DNA of 60,305 bases, the filler included, from Candidatus Zapsychrus exili (lineage in GTDB: Bacteria > Omnitrophota > Gorgyraeia > Zapsychrales > Zapsychraceae), in the NCBI GenBank assembly GCA_030765585.1. It is 4 parts of 4 records of this genome, joined end to end, with 100 filler letters (N's around TTAATTAATTAA, not from the genome) between each part and the next. Parts side by side here need not be neighbours in the genome. Positions count along the whole stretch, not along the records: positions 9,936 to 27,334 come from JAVCCJ010000001.1; 3 more parts are not named here. One strand, given 5' to 3'. The first letter of the stretch is position 1. The number at the start of each line of letters is the position of its first letter. A program made the position numbers and the translations under genes. This document shows positions 10,759 to 21,525 of this stretch, in pieces. The notes beneath the pieces are model-generated. The model had not been told where the DNA came from, made no database searches, and was given only the letters and a program-made list of their open reading frames with translations.

Positions 10759-11673
10759 TTATTTACAATAGTTAACGAAACCTTTTTGTGATATATCTAA
10801 TTGTTTTTTAATCATATCTTCGCAATATGCTATAGCCTCTTGACCTCCTGATACTATTTCTTTTGCTTGCTTAAGTACAGCAAGTGCTTTTTTAGAATTG
10901 CCTTCTTCGTAATATATTTTTGCTAATGTACAATAGACTGCTTCATACTCTGTTCCTAAATTTATTGATTTCTGGAGCGCTTCCTTTGCTTGCTTTGTAT
11001 TATCTAATTGGTTATACATAAAACCTAAGTTGTGCCAGTACTCTGGGTGTTTGAGGATTCCTTTTTCACCTTTGGCAGCTTCACTCATATGCTTTATTGC
11101 GTATTTAGTGCCCTTACGCCCCATTTTATATAAACAGTACGCTAAATTAAATTCCGCGTTTGCTGGTCGCGATTCCGGTAATGCACAACCAATATTTTGA
11201 GAATCCTCTACTTCCTCTTTATATAAATCATGCCTAAGACCCATAGTTAAAAAATCTCTCTCTTCTGTACGTTCTTCCATTAGTTTTAATTGTTGCGACT
11301 GGAGATTATTATAATGGGTAGATATTGCAATAGGAGACCATATATAGATAATGCTGAATAGAACGAACAAAATTTTCTTTGACTCATTTTTTGTGTCTTG
11401 ATGATTTGCATTAAAATTTATAGTGTTCTGAACAATAATTGCTATAAGTATAAACGCAATATAGTAAGACGCAATAAACTTAGAGAATATCGAGAACCTA
11501 TGCAAGATCCCCGGAATTAGCACAAGAAATATTATTATAATAGGAATCACATGATTTTTAAGATATTCTTGAATCTTCTGCTTTACTAAATAATGCTGCA
11601 AAGTTTCTTTTATTGTCTTTATACCTTTTCCTATGCTATAGAGATATTTGTTATCCTTTCCCATTTTTCCCAC
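10759..11673 (-). CDS. Membrane protein with C-terminal TPR repeats
   Basis: Three hydrophobic segments; WHNLGFMY and YCTLAKIYY TPR-like helices. Confidence 0.7.
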   Translation of the reverse strand: MGKMGKDNKYLYSIGKGIKTIKETLQHYLVKQKIQEYLKNHVIPIIIIFLVLIPGILHRFSIFSKFIASYYIAFILIAIIVQNTINFNANHQDTKNESKKILFVLFSIIYIWSPIAISTHYNNLQSQQLKLMEERTEERDFLTMGLRHDLYKEEVEDSQNIGCALPESRPANAEFNLAYCLYKMGRKGTKYAIKHMSEAAKGEKGILKHPEYWHNLGFMYNQLDNTKQAKEALQKSINLGTEYEAVYCTLAKIYYEEGNSKKALAVLKQAKEIVSGGQEAIAYCEDMIKKQLDISQKGFVNYCK

Positions 11674-11766
11674 CCTCTCAGTAAATACTTACAGTTAAAA
11701 AAATTAAACTTCTCTCCTGCTCGGTTTAGTAGAATTGTAATTCCATGAACACAATACTTAATTATT

Positions 11767-11961
11767 TTAAAATAGAACCGTCCCCTTTATTACCCTATTT
11801 ATTATTGAATAAGCACTTATGCCCTCATCTCTGTAGACTTTAAATATCTCATAGCCTTCTCGTTTAGCAAAAGATTCAAGATATTCTCGTTGAACTTCAA
11901 GAGAATACCCCTCTTTTACTTGATCTTCTGTTGATACGTGAATATATATAGATATTTTCAT
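11767..11961 (-). pseudogene. N-terminal fragment of a serine recombinase
   Basis: MKISIYIHVSTEDQ..GYSLEVQ..YRDEGISA, with YxRVS altered to YIHVS; terminates after about 64 codons. Confidence 0.85.
11769..11787. repeat. 19-bp inverted repeat, left copy
   Basis: AAAATAGAACCGTCCCCTT is the exact reverse complement of 21526-21544. Confidence 0.9.
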
Positions 11962-11984
11962 AATATTCTTCAAAAAAATAAACA

Positions 11985-12785
11985 TTATGCTGGGTAAGGC
12001 AACACGAAACCTGTGTTGCAGCATTCATAGCAACTTATCCCAACAAACTTATCCAGTTTTTCCATTTTCATCCATTCATTAAGAATTGTTTTATGTCCAT
12101 CGATTGTTTGAACATCGTTCTCCTTAAACAAATCGAGAATTTTGTCGGCTTTTTCTGCTTCAGGAGACAAATATAATCTAAAAGCTTCTATAAATCTTTT
12201 TGCCTTTTTGCGATGTTCATCAGACAATTCAACGCTATAAAATTTTAGCAATAATTCCGCATGCACTAAAAAAGAACTTCTACAAAGATCTCCATAACCA
12301 ATGTCATCTAAATGCGCCATACCATCATTTGATTTTAACCGAAGCTGTTTTAAATATCTAGGAACTTTAGTATACAAATCATCAAAAAGATTGGCCTTAA
12401 AAACTTCCCCATCAATTATATAGTTTTCTGATGCAAGTCTCGCATAAACAACAACATCATCTACGTAAGTCCTAATTCTACCAAAAGCTCTCTCTATAGC
12501 CTCTGATTGGGAAACACCCGAACGCCAAGCCAAAATAGAAAATTTATCTACAAGCTCAAGCTTCATATGCGTTAATTCATGTGCTAAGTCAACATCTTCC
12601 CAACCATCTCGCAATCTAATTATTGCCGTAGATGAGGGAATAAACTTATATTCTGCAACAACACAAGAATCCAAAGATTCAAATTCAATGCTTAATCTTG
12701 TTTGTTTTTCAATATCTACAAGAAAATTTTTTATGCAATCACGTAATCGTAATAATATGATATCTTTATCCATATCTTCCCTCAC
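11985..12785 (-). CDS. Hypothetical protein with HExxH (zincin-like) motif
   Basis: DLAHELTHMKL. Confidence 0.6.
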   Translation of the reverse strand: MREDMDKDIILLRLRDCIKNFLVDIEKQTRLSIEFESLDSCVVAEYKFIPSSTAIIRLRDGWEDVDLAHELTHMKLELVDKFSILAWRSGVSQSEAIERAFGRIRTYVDDVVVYARLASENYIIDGEVFKANLFDDLYTKVPRYLKQLRLKSNDGMAHLDDIGYGDLCRSSFLVHAELLLKFYSVELSDEHRKKAKRFIEAFRLYLSPEAEKADKILDLFKENDVQTIDGHKTILNEWMKMEKLDKFVGISCYECCNTGFVLPYPA

Positions 12786-12857
12786 TTAAACTATCCTTTC
12801 TACACTTCAAGGAATATCTCTCGTTAGATTGGGCTTCTGCTGAAACACCTGTATAAT

Positions 12858-14924
12858 TCACTCTTTTACCTCAAACACTTTTTCTCCATTAAAATACGGT
12901 ATTTTGTCTCTACTGAAACCAAAGGTATTGTAAATACGTTCTGAAAAAGTAAACGCATCTGAATCGCTCTCAGAAACCAATGCTTTAAAACTTTTTTCAA
13001 AATACCAATCTTCAAAATTATAGTTCTTTTCTTCCCTGTCAGACATATGGGCATAATTATTAAGGCTATATGGTCTCAAGGAATATTTACCCTGATTAAC
13101 GAACCCCATACTTACATGAAAAGATTTAAATATATCTAATATAGTTGATAACTCGCGTAAAAGCCTAAAAAAACTAACTGGATACTCTGTAATTGAATAC
13201 GGATTAAAAAGAATTTTGTCTTTGGTCCCTTTATCCTCCATCGCCCAAGAAAAACTATTGGTATCAATAGCACAAAAATCAAGATACCCATTTCTAAATA
13301 AACGCAGTCTTAATTCACCAAGCTGCTTTTCAATCCCATCAAATGTATGAGTTATATCATTTGACGGATCATAAAATGACATATTCCAACCACTCGACCT
13401 ACTTGAAGACGGATTTTTTATAATTCCCTGAATTTTTTCATCACTAATATCAACTATTTCTGGACCGAAAGGAATCGGGGTTGCCGTCATAAAAAAAATC
13501 TTTTTTCCATTAAGATCAGATTTAATCTTTCCAACCATTTCTGAATTATATTTTTTTGAAATATCACTATTCTCTGAAAAACTTTTTGATCCATTTTCCA
13601 TTGCAACTGATGTCAACAATTCAGGCAATTGGATATCACCTGACGCAGCAATAGCCTGTGTTTCCCTATCTATAAGGGCATTTGCCCTTTCTAAATTAAC
13701 GTCAGATACATTATCAATCAACCAACGAGTTAATTGAATAGATAGATTACGAATTCCAGAATAGTTAAGGTGCTCCAACGCATTAATATCAGTAAATTTC
13801 TCGAATTCTTCTTGCAAAAGTAGACATGCCTTCATACCCAATCCATGCATTAAACCATATTCATACGTTACACTATTGCTGCCTGAAGAAATATCAGTAA
13901 TACCAAAAGCACATGTTTTAACAAGACAACAAACTTTACATAAAACCGCATTTGAAGTTAGTTTATCTTTTGCCGCTATGGGGGTAAACCCCAATTCACT
14001 AAGGACAGATCTTAAGGCAGCTTCGCATGATTTATAATTAGGTTGATAGGGGATATCTAAAAAAACATTTTTATCTGAAAAATTCTTTTTAATGGAAGAT
14101 AATAAGTCACATGACTCCTTAGCTAATGGACCGCATAAAACATTCTGTGACATACGCCCGCTCCTTCCATCCTCGACTTGCTCCACTTCATCCACAGCCT
14201 CTATATCTTTAGCATAATCAAACACACACTCTGGCATTTTTATTTGAGGGAACAATCCTTTTCTTAGCTCATCAACAACATTATAAATCTCCTCGTTTTT
14301 GACACTCAATACTCGTGGAATTTTTATATCCAAGCGTTCCTTTTCTTTTTTAAGAATTACAGCAACAGCAGCCGCCTTTAAGTAGCCTAAACTAAGATCC
14401 GAAGCTTCTCTTTCCGTGAAACTTTTATTCTTATTATAGTGTGACAATAGCTGCATAATAAATTCCTTCTCTTTTTTAAACTCTAGGTGAGGTCCATGGT
14501 TTTCCATAATGCGATCCAGAAACCTAGCTAATTCATTTAAACCCATTCGAAATATATCATAAAGCCACTCTTGTCTTTCAAAAGAAACCTTAATATTCTT
14601 TTTCCATTCTCTCTTTTCATCTAAAAGTTGTTTGGCTATTGAAAATTTAGGAATAATACCCGCTTTTCCTAATGCAATATAAATCCGAAATTTAATACTT
14701 CCTTCAAAACCACGACAATAATCAGAATTACGAGCACCCTTTAAAGCTTCCTGAAGATCCTCCATCGTATCACCTCCGAAAACAATCTCCACACTCTGAT
14801 CTTTAGAATCTATGAGGAAATGGTGATTATAATGATCCTTTTGAAAAGTTTTAATTCTTACCATAGGATCCAAGTTCTTGATAAACTCTGTTATATAATT
14901 TACAGCATCCTGATTGTTTGTCAT
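12858..14924 (-). CDS. Multidomain protein with central NDT/TIR-like domain
   Basis: VFLDIPY...GITDIS..SNSVTYEYGLMHGLG resembles the NDT-like D-IS-x3-NxNVxxElG pattern. Confidence 0.6.
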   Translation of the reverse strand: MTNNQDAVNYITEFIKNLDPMVRIKTFQKDHYNHHFLIDSKDQSVEIVFGGDTMEDLQEALKGARNSDYCRGFEGSIKFRIYIALGKAGIIPKFSIAKQLLDEKREWKKNIKVSFERQEWLYDIFRMGLNELARFLDRIMENHGPHLEFKKEKEFIMQLLSHYNKNKSFTEREASDLSLGYLKAAAVAVILKKEKERLDIKIPRVLSVKNEEIYNVVDELRKGLFPQIKMPECVFDYAKDIEAVDEVEQVEDGRSGRMSQNVLCGPLAKESCDLLSSIKKNFSDKNVFLDIPYQPNYKSCEAALRSVLSELGFTPIAAKDKLTSNAVLCKVCCLVKTCAFGITDISSGSNSVTYEYGLMHGLGMKACLLLQEEFEKFTDINALEHLNYSGIRNLSIQLTRWLIDNVSDVNLERANALIDRETQAIAASGDIQLPELLTSVAMENGSKSFSENSDISKKYNSEMVGKIKSDLNGKKIFFMTATPIPFGPEIVDISDEKIQGIIKNPSSSRSSGWNMSFYDPSNDITHTFDGIEKQLGELRLRLFRNGYLDFCAIDTNSFSWAMEDKGTKDKILFNPYSITEYPVSFFRLLRELSTILDIFKSFHVSMGFVNQGKYSLRPYSLNNYAHMSDREEKNYNFEDWYFEKSFKALVSESDSDAFTFSERIYNTFGFSRDKIPYFNGEKVFEVKE

Positions 14925-14969
14925 AGCATTTAATGCCTTGTCTTAATATCTTGGTTATTTATCATTTCT

Positions 14970-15380
14970 TCATTCTTCTATGTAAGTCTTGAAATTTGTT
15001 ATTTCACCATCAATAATTTTTTTTCCAAAAATAAAACAATTTTTCATAGCTTCTTCCTTTGTATCATACGTATTTTTAGCACTATAAGGAGTACATTTAG
15101 CTCCATCTGAGCTAAATTTCCATATATTAATATTTATAGTCCACTTTTTTGAATCAGCTAGTTGATAAGGAGATGCCTCTATTTCAAAATCTTCATACCT
15201 CACTCTATCGGGATAAGCTGTCTTCTTTTTCAACCACACATCAATATCAGATTTTTTAAAACGCAAAAGATCACCTACTTTTGTATAGGGAACTTTGCTA
15301 TTAGAAACCCAATTGTAAATTGTTTGTGGATTAACTTTTAAATATTGCGATAATTCTGTCACACCCATCAGTTCTTCCAT
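14970..15380 (-). CDS. Excisionase-like HTH (HTH_17) protein with C-terminal extension
   Basis: ELSQYLKVNPQTIYNWV..KVPYTKVGDLLRF; GGAGG RBS. Confidence 0.8.
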   Translation of the reverse strand: MEELMGVTELSQYLKVNPQTIYNWVSNSKVPYTKVGDLLRFKKSDIDVWLKKKTAYPDRVRYEDFEIEASPYQLADSKKWTININIWKFSSDGAKCTPYSAKNTYDTKEEAMKNCFIFGKKIIDGEITNFKTYIEE

Positions 15381-15522
15381 ATTACCTCCTAATAATTATA
15401 ATTCATTTACTTTGATTATAACCTACATACTCAATCTGTCAATATATTTTAAGGGGAGAAATCCCAAAAAATTAGCTTCGGGAGGGCGGGGGCTTTAGTT
15501 TTTTCTGCTTTTTAAGCAGCAA

Positions 15523-15813
15523 CTAGGGAGTTGATGCGCGGACTCCGACCACAGCGTCGGTGGACGCTAAAACATCAAAATCGCCCCCGCCATCGGCGGC
15601 GCTCGGAATTCTGGGGACACAATGAGCTATCCCCGGAATGCTTTTATAGGCTTTCATTAACTTTTTATCTGCTTCGATTAAGATTTTAAAAAATAACAGA
15701 AGATTATCTGCGCAATCGATCAATTCCTGCTCGGTAGGCATCCGGCCAGTTTGTTCGTGCCATTGCTCCGCTATAACGGTTTCAAATTCAGTCTTGTTAG
15801 TGTATTCGGCCAT
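15523..15813 (-). CDS. Small hypothetical protein
   Basis: ORF with helical N-terminal half; C-terminal part runs into a GC-rich palindromic tract. Confidence 0.4.
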   Translation of the reverse strand: MAEYTNKTEFETVIAEQWHEQTGRMPTEQELIDCADNLLLFFKILIEADKKLMKAYKSIPGIAHCVPRIPSAADGGGDFDVLASTDAVVGVRASTP

Positions 15814-16121
15814 AAAAACAAAAAGCTCCGTATTTGTTTTACAGAGCTAATATACATGATTTTTTATGCTTTGAAAATTTACTAAATCAATCTTATTTTT
15901 GGAGGATTTCAGTATGCTGAATTTGATGATTTTTAGAAGGTTTTCAGTAGAGCGCTGTTATGGTAGCGGGCCGAATTGAAAGACACGCAACTTATGAAAT
16001 AATACTTGACTAATTTCTCAACTTCGTCTAAAATCAATTCAGTTGTATGAACTCCACACTTGTAATTTTCAAAGTACGCCTCACACTAAACACAGTCGAA
16101 GGTTAGAACGGGAGAATTAAT

Positions 16122-16700
16122 TTGCCAGCTGTTTTTTTAGAATTGATTAACCAACTAAATAGCAGCGTATTTATTCTATTGACCATTCTTATCTGTTCAT
16201 TTTTTATAATATATAAAGTTGGGAAATGGTCCGAAATATTTAAGCACCATGATTCTAAAATAACAAAAATAGAAGGTCTTTCTGAAAAAGTAATTGAGCT
16301 GAAAACAAAAGTAGATTTAATTTATGATAACACAAACCCCAGAAGAACAGTGGCAGCTATGAGCCCCATAAGTTTAACAGATATGGGGAAAGAAATAGTA
16401 ACTAAAATTGAAGCAAATCAAATCTTAGAGAAATATATTTTAAAATTAACTAAAGAAGTTGATTCAGAAAATCCAAAAAATGCTTATGATATTCAAAGCG
16501 CATCTATGAAAGTTGCAAAAGAAAAAATGATAACTTTTCTTAACGAAAAAGAACTGAATACCGTTAAACAGGAAGCATATACTCGCGGTATTATAGTTCA
16601 AGATGTGATGTCTGTATTTGGATTGCTATTAAGAAATCATATATTAAATCAAAAAGGTATGCCAATATCTGATGTTGATACACATGCTCCGCATGACTAA
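16122..16700 (+). CDS. Hypothetical protein with N-terminal TM helix
   Basis: 192-aa ORF, GGAG RBS, TTG start. Confidence 0.65.
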   Translation: MPAVFLELINQLNSSVFILLTILICSFFIIYKVGKWSEIFKHHDSKITKIEGLSEKVIELKTKVDLIYDNTNPRRTVAAMSPISLTDMGKEIVTKIEANQILEKYILKLTKEVDSENPKNAYDIQSASMKVAKEKMITFLNEKELNTVKQEAYTRGIIVQDVMSVFGLLLRNHILNQKGMPISDVDTHAPHD

Positions 16701-16849
16701 GTAAAAAATCAATCGCTATTTTAGGATCAGAATTTAAAGCCCACCAAGTTTAATCTTAAAAAAGTCAATTTCTTATTATCAGATTGATGCACTAATATTT
16801 TTTAACACCTTTTTTCTTATATAAGCTTATCGGGAGACACAACACCTAT

Positions 16850-19348
16850 TTATCCTTTTTCTTCAAGAGAATTAGTATTATGTCTCCTGATTTTATAATT
16901 TTTTCCTTCAAAATTAATAAACATCGCCATTGGTACAGATTTTAAATATTTTATACTTCCAAAAGATAATAAAAGTCTTTGTACTGTATTGCTTATAAAA
17001 CCATTTGGAGGGATTAGGAATTCAAGTTTTCCAGTAAAAGTCATTGAAGACAGATCAGACACATGTTTCTCTCCAGTTGCTTTAGAATCATCAAACTCCA
17101 AAGCAGATCTTTCGTGTATTTTCTTTATTTCTTTCAATAAACTTTGCATAGCTTCTTTAGATGGAATCCGCAGAGAATCTTCTAAAAACATTGAACTAAT
17201 CCTCCGTAATATACTTCTAAAATTGCCAAGCTTACCGGACATTCTCATTGCCAATGTCTTAGCCGGATTGATTTCAAAAGTAATATCTAAATTTCGGACA
17301 TATTCAATCAGAATTTTCCAAGTAGATTCCTTTGTTAAATCTCCACAATTTACTGAACCCTTTATTTCATTCCATCGCAGCATATCATTTGTATAAATTA
17401 TTGATCCCGTAATTTGAGCTAAAAATAAACCTAACTCAAAATTTGGTGAAAGATGTGATATCATAAATTGTGCACCTTTTTCCCCTGGTTCAAGCTGCTG
17501 TAGCAATGCTAAAGGGTCTTCCAATCTTTGCTTTTTCATATACTGCACTAAATCTGCCACCTGCTGAGTAGATAACCTTGGATCAAATTCTCTAATTTTT
17601 CTTCTCAAGCTATCATCAGGAATTGCAGACATCTTTCTTCTAAAATCATCTCTATATAAATCCATCATCGGCTCCATATGGACAGGATCCGGCTTATTAT
17701 GTTTCCACCTAGCCTTTGCCATTCCCCATAGCTGAGTCCTTAGGCTATGGTTAAAATCACACGGATCTGGGACAAGATTTATAATCCCTTTTTCTATAAA
17801 TGGGGCTAATTCAAGCAATAAAAATACGTTCTTCAATGTTTCTTCCTTAAATTTCTCCGGAGATTCTACTGGACTATATTCAGGCTTAACCTTCACAGGA
17901 TTCATAAATGGATGCATAACTATAATTTCATCAAAATATAAAACAAAACTTGTTACATTCCTATGAATTATTCGTGGATCAATTAAACCAGAATACAACG
18001 CGCGAAAAACTCTCTTATCTGGACGGGGTAATAGATCAATAATATTTGTTTCCGGTGGCCACAAGCAACCAAAAGCCTTATGGATATCTTTAACTTGCTG
18101 ATCACTTAATTCTCTGCGCACATCTTCCCAGGTTTTACCTTTGTTCAAGCCCAGAATATTAATAACCATTTCAATAAACATCAAATTTCTTTCGCGTATA
18201 CTACGAACAGTAGTTATCGGACAATCAGAAGTAGCTTTATTCTGACAGCATTTCTTATACTTCTTACCACTCCCGCATATACATGGATCATTAACCCCTA
18301 TCTTACCTTCCCAAGGTGGTTTCTTTAGATACGACAAATCACCCACGGTACGACCAAAAGCATCTTGATAGTGCGTAGCCCCATTTTTATATCCAATATA
18401 TAATTCACCTCCGAAATGCCACAGTTCATTTTTAGGCGGAAGTAAACATTTACCTATTTCCTTCCAGTTAACTTTAACATTAGCTTCTGGGTATAACCAT
18501 TCTTTTTTAGCTGCCGCGATATACCGCCGTGCTCTTGCTTTTAATATATAATTAAGCGCGCTAACTTCCGAAGCATTAAGTTTCCGTGATCGAATCATTG
18601 TATCTATGCGTGAAATAGTCTGTCCGAAATGCCGCGCATATGTCCTGTTAGTTAGCAAATCTGTACGTGTTGGATTTTTAGCATATTCAAGATTTGTAAG
18701 TATTAGGCAATGATTTAGCCCCATAGGGAAGATTGTTTGCGATCCTATAAAAGCGATGGGAGGGTCTGTGCAATATTTTGAATCTAAGGGGCAATCTGGA
18801 TTATAGATAGTTACAGGATTATCGGTTAATAGAAATTTTATATCAGAATTTTCTGCAGAAACTATTTCTCGCACTGCCTCAACCCACATTGTACAATGCA
18901 TTTGTCTAATTTGCTGCATCTCAAGCATAAGTTGTACTTGCGATAAGCCTGAATATTTGGCTTTTATCCAGTCAAGACCTTTAGGGGTTCTTATTTTTTG
19001 CGCATCTAAATATTCAAAAAATTGGCTAAATGTTTCATGAATTGCAGCAATATCATTATTAAGAAAAGCTTGAACAGCTTTCGGACCATCGGCATCAATT
19101 TTCCCGAACAAATACCTTTCCACGTCATCGTTCAGCATACCAAAAAAAGAAGTTGTATATAAATCCTGCAATTTAAAACTCTTCTTTGGGCCTTGCACAT
19201 GACAATCCCTTAATTTTATAACTCTTCCATCTGACAAATGTTTTTTCTCAGGAAATAAATCCAAATAGTAAAAAGTAGAGTAACCAGGGAGAAGAAACCT
19301 CTTCTGGTATGAAATAGGCACATAATGATTTTCTCTTGCAATACTCAT
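16850..19348 (-). CDS. DUF4238-domain protein with SEC-C metal-binding motif
   Basis: N-terminal NHYVPxxY, FLLTDNPV, and GVNDPCICGSGKKYKKCC. Confidence 0.8.
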   Translation of the reverse strand: MSIARENHYVPISYQKRFLLPGYSTFYYLDLFPEKKHLSDGRVIKLRDCHVQGPKKSFKLQDLYTTSFFGMLNDDVERYLFGKIDADGPKAVQAFLNNDIAAIHETFSQFFEYLDAQKIRTPKGLDWIKAKYSGLSQVQLMLEMQQIRQMHCTMWVEAVREIVSAENSDIKFLLTDNPVTIYNPDCPLDSKYCTDPPIAFIGSQTIFPMGLNHCLILTNLEYAKNPTRTDLLTNRTYARHFGQTISRIDTMIRSRKLNASEVSALNYILKARARRYIAAAKKEWLYPEANVKVNWKEIGKCLLPPKNELWHFGGELYIGYKNGATHYQDAFGRTVGDLSYLKKPPWEGKIGVNDPCICGSGKKYKKCCQNKATSDCPITTVRSIRERNLMFIEMVINILGLNKGKTWEDVRRELSDQQVKDIHKAFGCLWPPETNIIDLLPRPDKRVFRALYSGLIDPRIIHRNVTSFVLYFDEIIVMHPFMNPVKVKPEYSPVESPEKFKEETLKNVFLLLELAPFIEKGIINLVPDPCDFNHSLRTQLWGMAKARWKHNKPDPVHMEPMMDLYRDDFRRKMSAIPDDSLRRKIREFDPRLSTQQVADLVQYMKKQRLEDPLALLQQLEPGEKGAQFMISHLSPNFELGLFLAQITGSIIYTNDMLRWNEIKGSVNCGDLTKESTWKILIEYVRNLDITFEINPAKTLAMRMSGKLGNFRSILRRISSMFLEDSLRIPSKEAMQSLLKEIKKIHERSALEFDDSKATGEKHVSDLSSMTFTGKLEFLIPPNGFISNTVQRLLLSFGSIKYLKSVPMAMFINFEGKNYKIRRHNTNSLEEKG

Positions 19349-19542
19349 AAATCCATCTTTCCAAAATAAAAAAACTTCGCGATAAATTATGCGAAGATTT
19401 TGCTTTTGACGTATAGGGTTTTCATTTACTGAACTCGAGACTTTAAACTTACAATTTAATTTTAGTCTTAGTTAGATATTTTATCAATAATTGAGCCTTA
19501 TCTTATTCGCAATCAATTTATTCCATACATTTTAAATTATTT

Positions 19543-21288
19543 TCATAAATAATAACTGTCATTCATCTTTTCATCATGAATAAATGATGTAATTATAAAG
19601 CTAACTTCGCCTTCTTCCATTTTAATATTTTCCATCTGCCCCAGCCTAGTATTTATAACTTCACATTGTTCTTGCGTAATATAAAAGCGATGTTCACCAA
19701 GCCAATGTTTTGCTTTAATGCAATCTTCTTTAACATTTGATTGTAAAAGTGTTACCATGCCTTCAACCTCAGCCTTATCAATCTTAGGAAAAAGCTTAGG
19801 GAATACATCAACGTGCCCATCTTCTGACACAACAATACATATGGTTGGATGTTCATTTGAAGCAATATAACGTATGGCTGAGTTATATCTTGCCCCCCGC
19901 GATTGATCCCCCTCATCCGTAGCTTTACCATCTAAAATAACACCTATAGCATAACAAACCCCCTTTGAATCGATCAAAATAGCCCCATCAATACCACTAA
20001 GACGCGAAACAAGCTCAGGAGTCACTTCAATTGGATTCACCATTAAACACTGCTTTTTTAATCTCTCAGCTTCTTCTTTGGCCCTGGTTGAGACTACAAT
20101 CATTGTCCCTTTTTTTTGATCTATTGCCGCTGACACCACACTCCAAATACGATTTTCAGCATCTTTTAATATTTTTTGAATTATACGCTTTATATCTGAA
20201 CGAAATACCTCTTCATTAAGTCGTTTTAGTGGCAACCATGGAATTCCGTATGAAACATTCATTAATAAGTTGTTGTTATAATACATTTCCCATCTATATC
20301 TTCCAGTAAAATCTATTCTGAAAACATTCTCCATGTTTGAAGATTCAAGAGTCCCAAATCCTGTAATTCCATTATTGATCCCAGGAAATTTATCGCCCCC
20401 CCGACACACACAAAATAAGTCTTTACCGCTAATTTCAATCATCTTTCGAGCTAATTTGTGATTATGGATTGGTATTTTATCCTTTAGTTGCACTTGAAGC
20501 TTGACGTTTTTTTCTTTTGAAGAGCAAAAAAGCATCCTCCCAATCGCTGCTTCTCCTTCATAAGGAAGCGAAGAAACAATATTTAAACTATCGAAAATAT
20601 CTCGCAAGATCAGATCTCCTGTACAAAGAGTAATGGCATAACAAAAATCATCCCCAGCTTTTCGTAAAATAGAAGTTTTCTCTTTAGGAAATGTATTAAA
20701 AAAACGCCCAGGTTCTTTTTTTTCAAGCATTTCGGTCGCTTCTTCTAAAAGACACAAGATTACATTGTGCAAAATCCCAATAGAAGATTCATACTTTTCA
20801 AACAGTATCGGCTTTGGAAGATGTGGATATTCAAAAACCTGAGCTCGGTTAAATTGTAAAACAGGAACAACATGATACCCTTCGACTCTTGTCGGCAATC
20901 CACAAAAGGAAATAGTTTTATTTTGAGAATCATATAGAGATACAGCTTCTTTCACAGATTGGCGTACCGACTTTTTTCGAATATTTTCTGGCATATCACG
21001 CATACTAGGCTCATCGCCATAAATAATTGAATGATCAGGATGTTCCTTATAAATAGCCTCAGTTCGCTTTGCACATTCAAAAAATATTTTTGGATCCCAC
21101 CCTTCATTTTCCGGCTCAACACATACTGGATAATCGTCTTTTTTTTCAGGGATACGAACACCAATAAGAAGCGCTTTTGGCTCCAGAGTTGGCGCAATTG
21201 ATTGGATAACGTCTTTTGCCTTAACTTCTAAAGATAGCCTGAAATGAGGTTGATATCCCCACATAAATAATTTGATTGCCCTGCTCAC
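19543..21288 (-). CDS. Diadenylate cyclase (DisA_N/DAC)-domain protein with long N-terminal sensor-like region
   Basis: IDGAILID, ILDG, RGARYNSA (variant of RHR), VSEDG. Confidence 0.85.
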   Translation of the reverse strand: MSRAIKLFMWGYQPHFRLSLEVKAKDVIQSIAPTLEPKALLIGVRIPEKKDDYPVCVEPENEGWDPKIFFECAKRTEAIYKEHPDHSIIYGDEPSMRDMPENIRKKSVRQSVKEAVSLYDSQNKTISFCGLPTRVEGYHVVPVLQFNRAQVFEYPHLPKPILFEKYESSIGILHNVILCLLEEATEMLEKKEPGRFFNTFPKEKTSILRKAGDDFCYAITLCTGDLILRDIFDSLNIVSSLPYEGEAAIGRMLFCSSKEKNVKLQVQLKDKIPIHNHKLARKMIEISGKDLFCVCRGGDKFPGINNGITGFGTLESSNMENVFRIDFTGRYRWEMYYNNNLLMNVSYGIPWLPLKRLNEEVFRSDIKRIIQKILKDAENRIWSVVSAAIDQKKGTMIVVSTRAKEEAERLKKQCLMVNPIEVTPELVSRLSGIDGAILIDSKGVCYAIGVILDGKATDEGDQSRGARYNSAIRYIASNEHPTICIVVSEDGHVDVFPKLFPKIDKAEVEGMVTLLQSNVKEDCIKAKHWLGEHRFYITQEQCEVINTRLGQMENIKMEEGEVSFIITSFIHDEKMNDSYYL

Positions 21289-21305
21289 AATGATCCTTTA
21301 CTTTC

Positions 21306-21525
21306 TTAATTACCGCAATAACAGTCTTTCATCTGATTAATTCTCTGCCTGGAGGCATACCAAAAAATCAGCTCATATATTCTGCTGCTTTTTTCTTTAA
21401 ATACAGTCCGCTCATAGGTCTCAGGCAAATCTTTATCTAAGACTTCTTCTATTACTGTCTTAACCTTTCCCTTGTCTGGTTGTCTTTACACCAATCCTGA
21501 ACCAATACAGCAGGCCTCTTGAACC
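21306..21525 (-). pseudogene. hsdR: C-terminal remnant of a type I restriction R subunit (HsdR)
   Basis: Manual translation VLVQDWCKDNQTR / (frameshift) KVKTVIEEVLDKDLPETYERTVFKEKSSRIYELIF resembles HsdR C-termini. Confidence 0.6.

Noticed and set aside
15961..15980. TGGTAGCGGGCCGAATTGAA resembling the reverse complement of a tRNA 3' end (possible att relic)
   Set aside because: Short and degenerate, with no matching tRNA or partner repeat in the window
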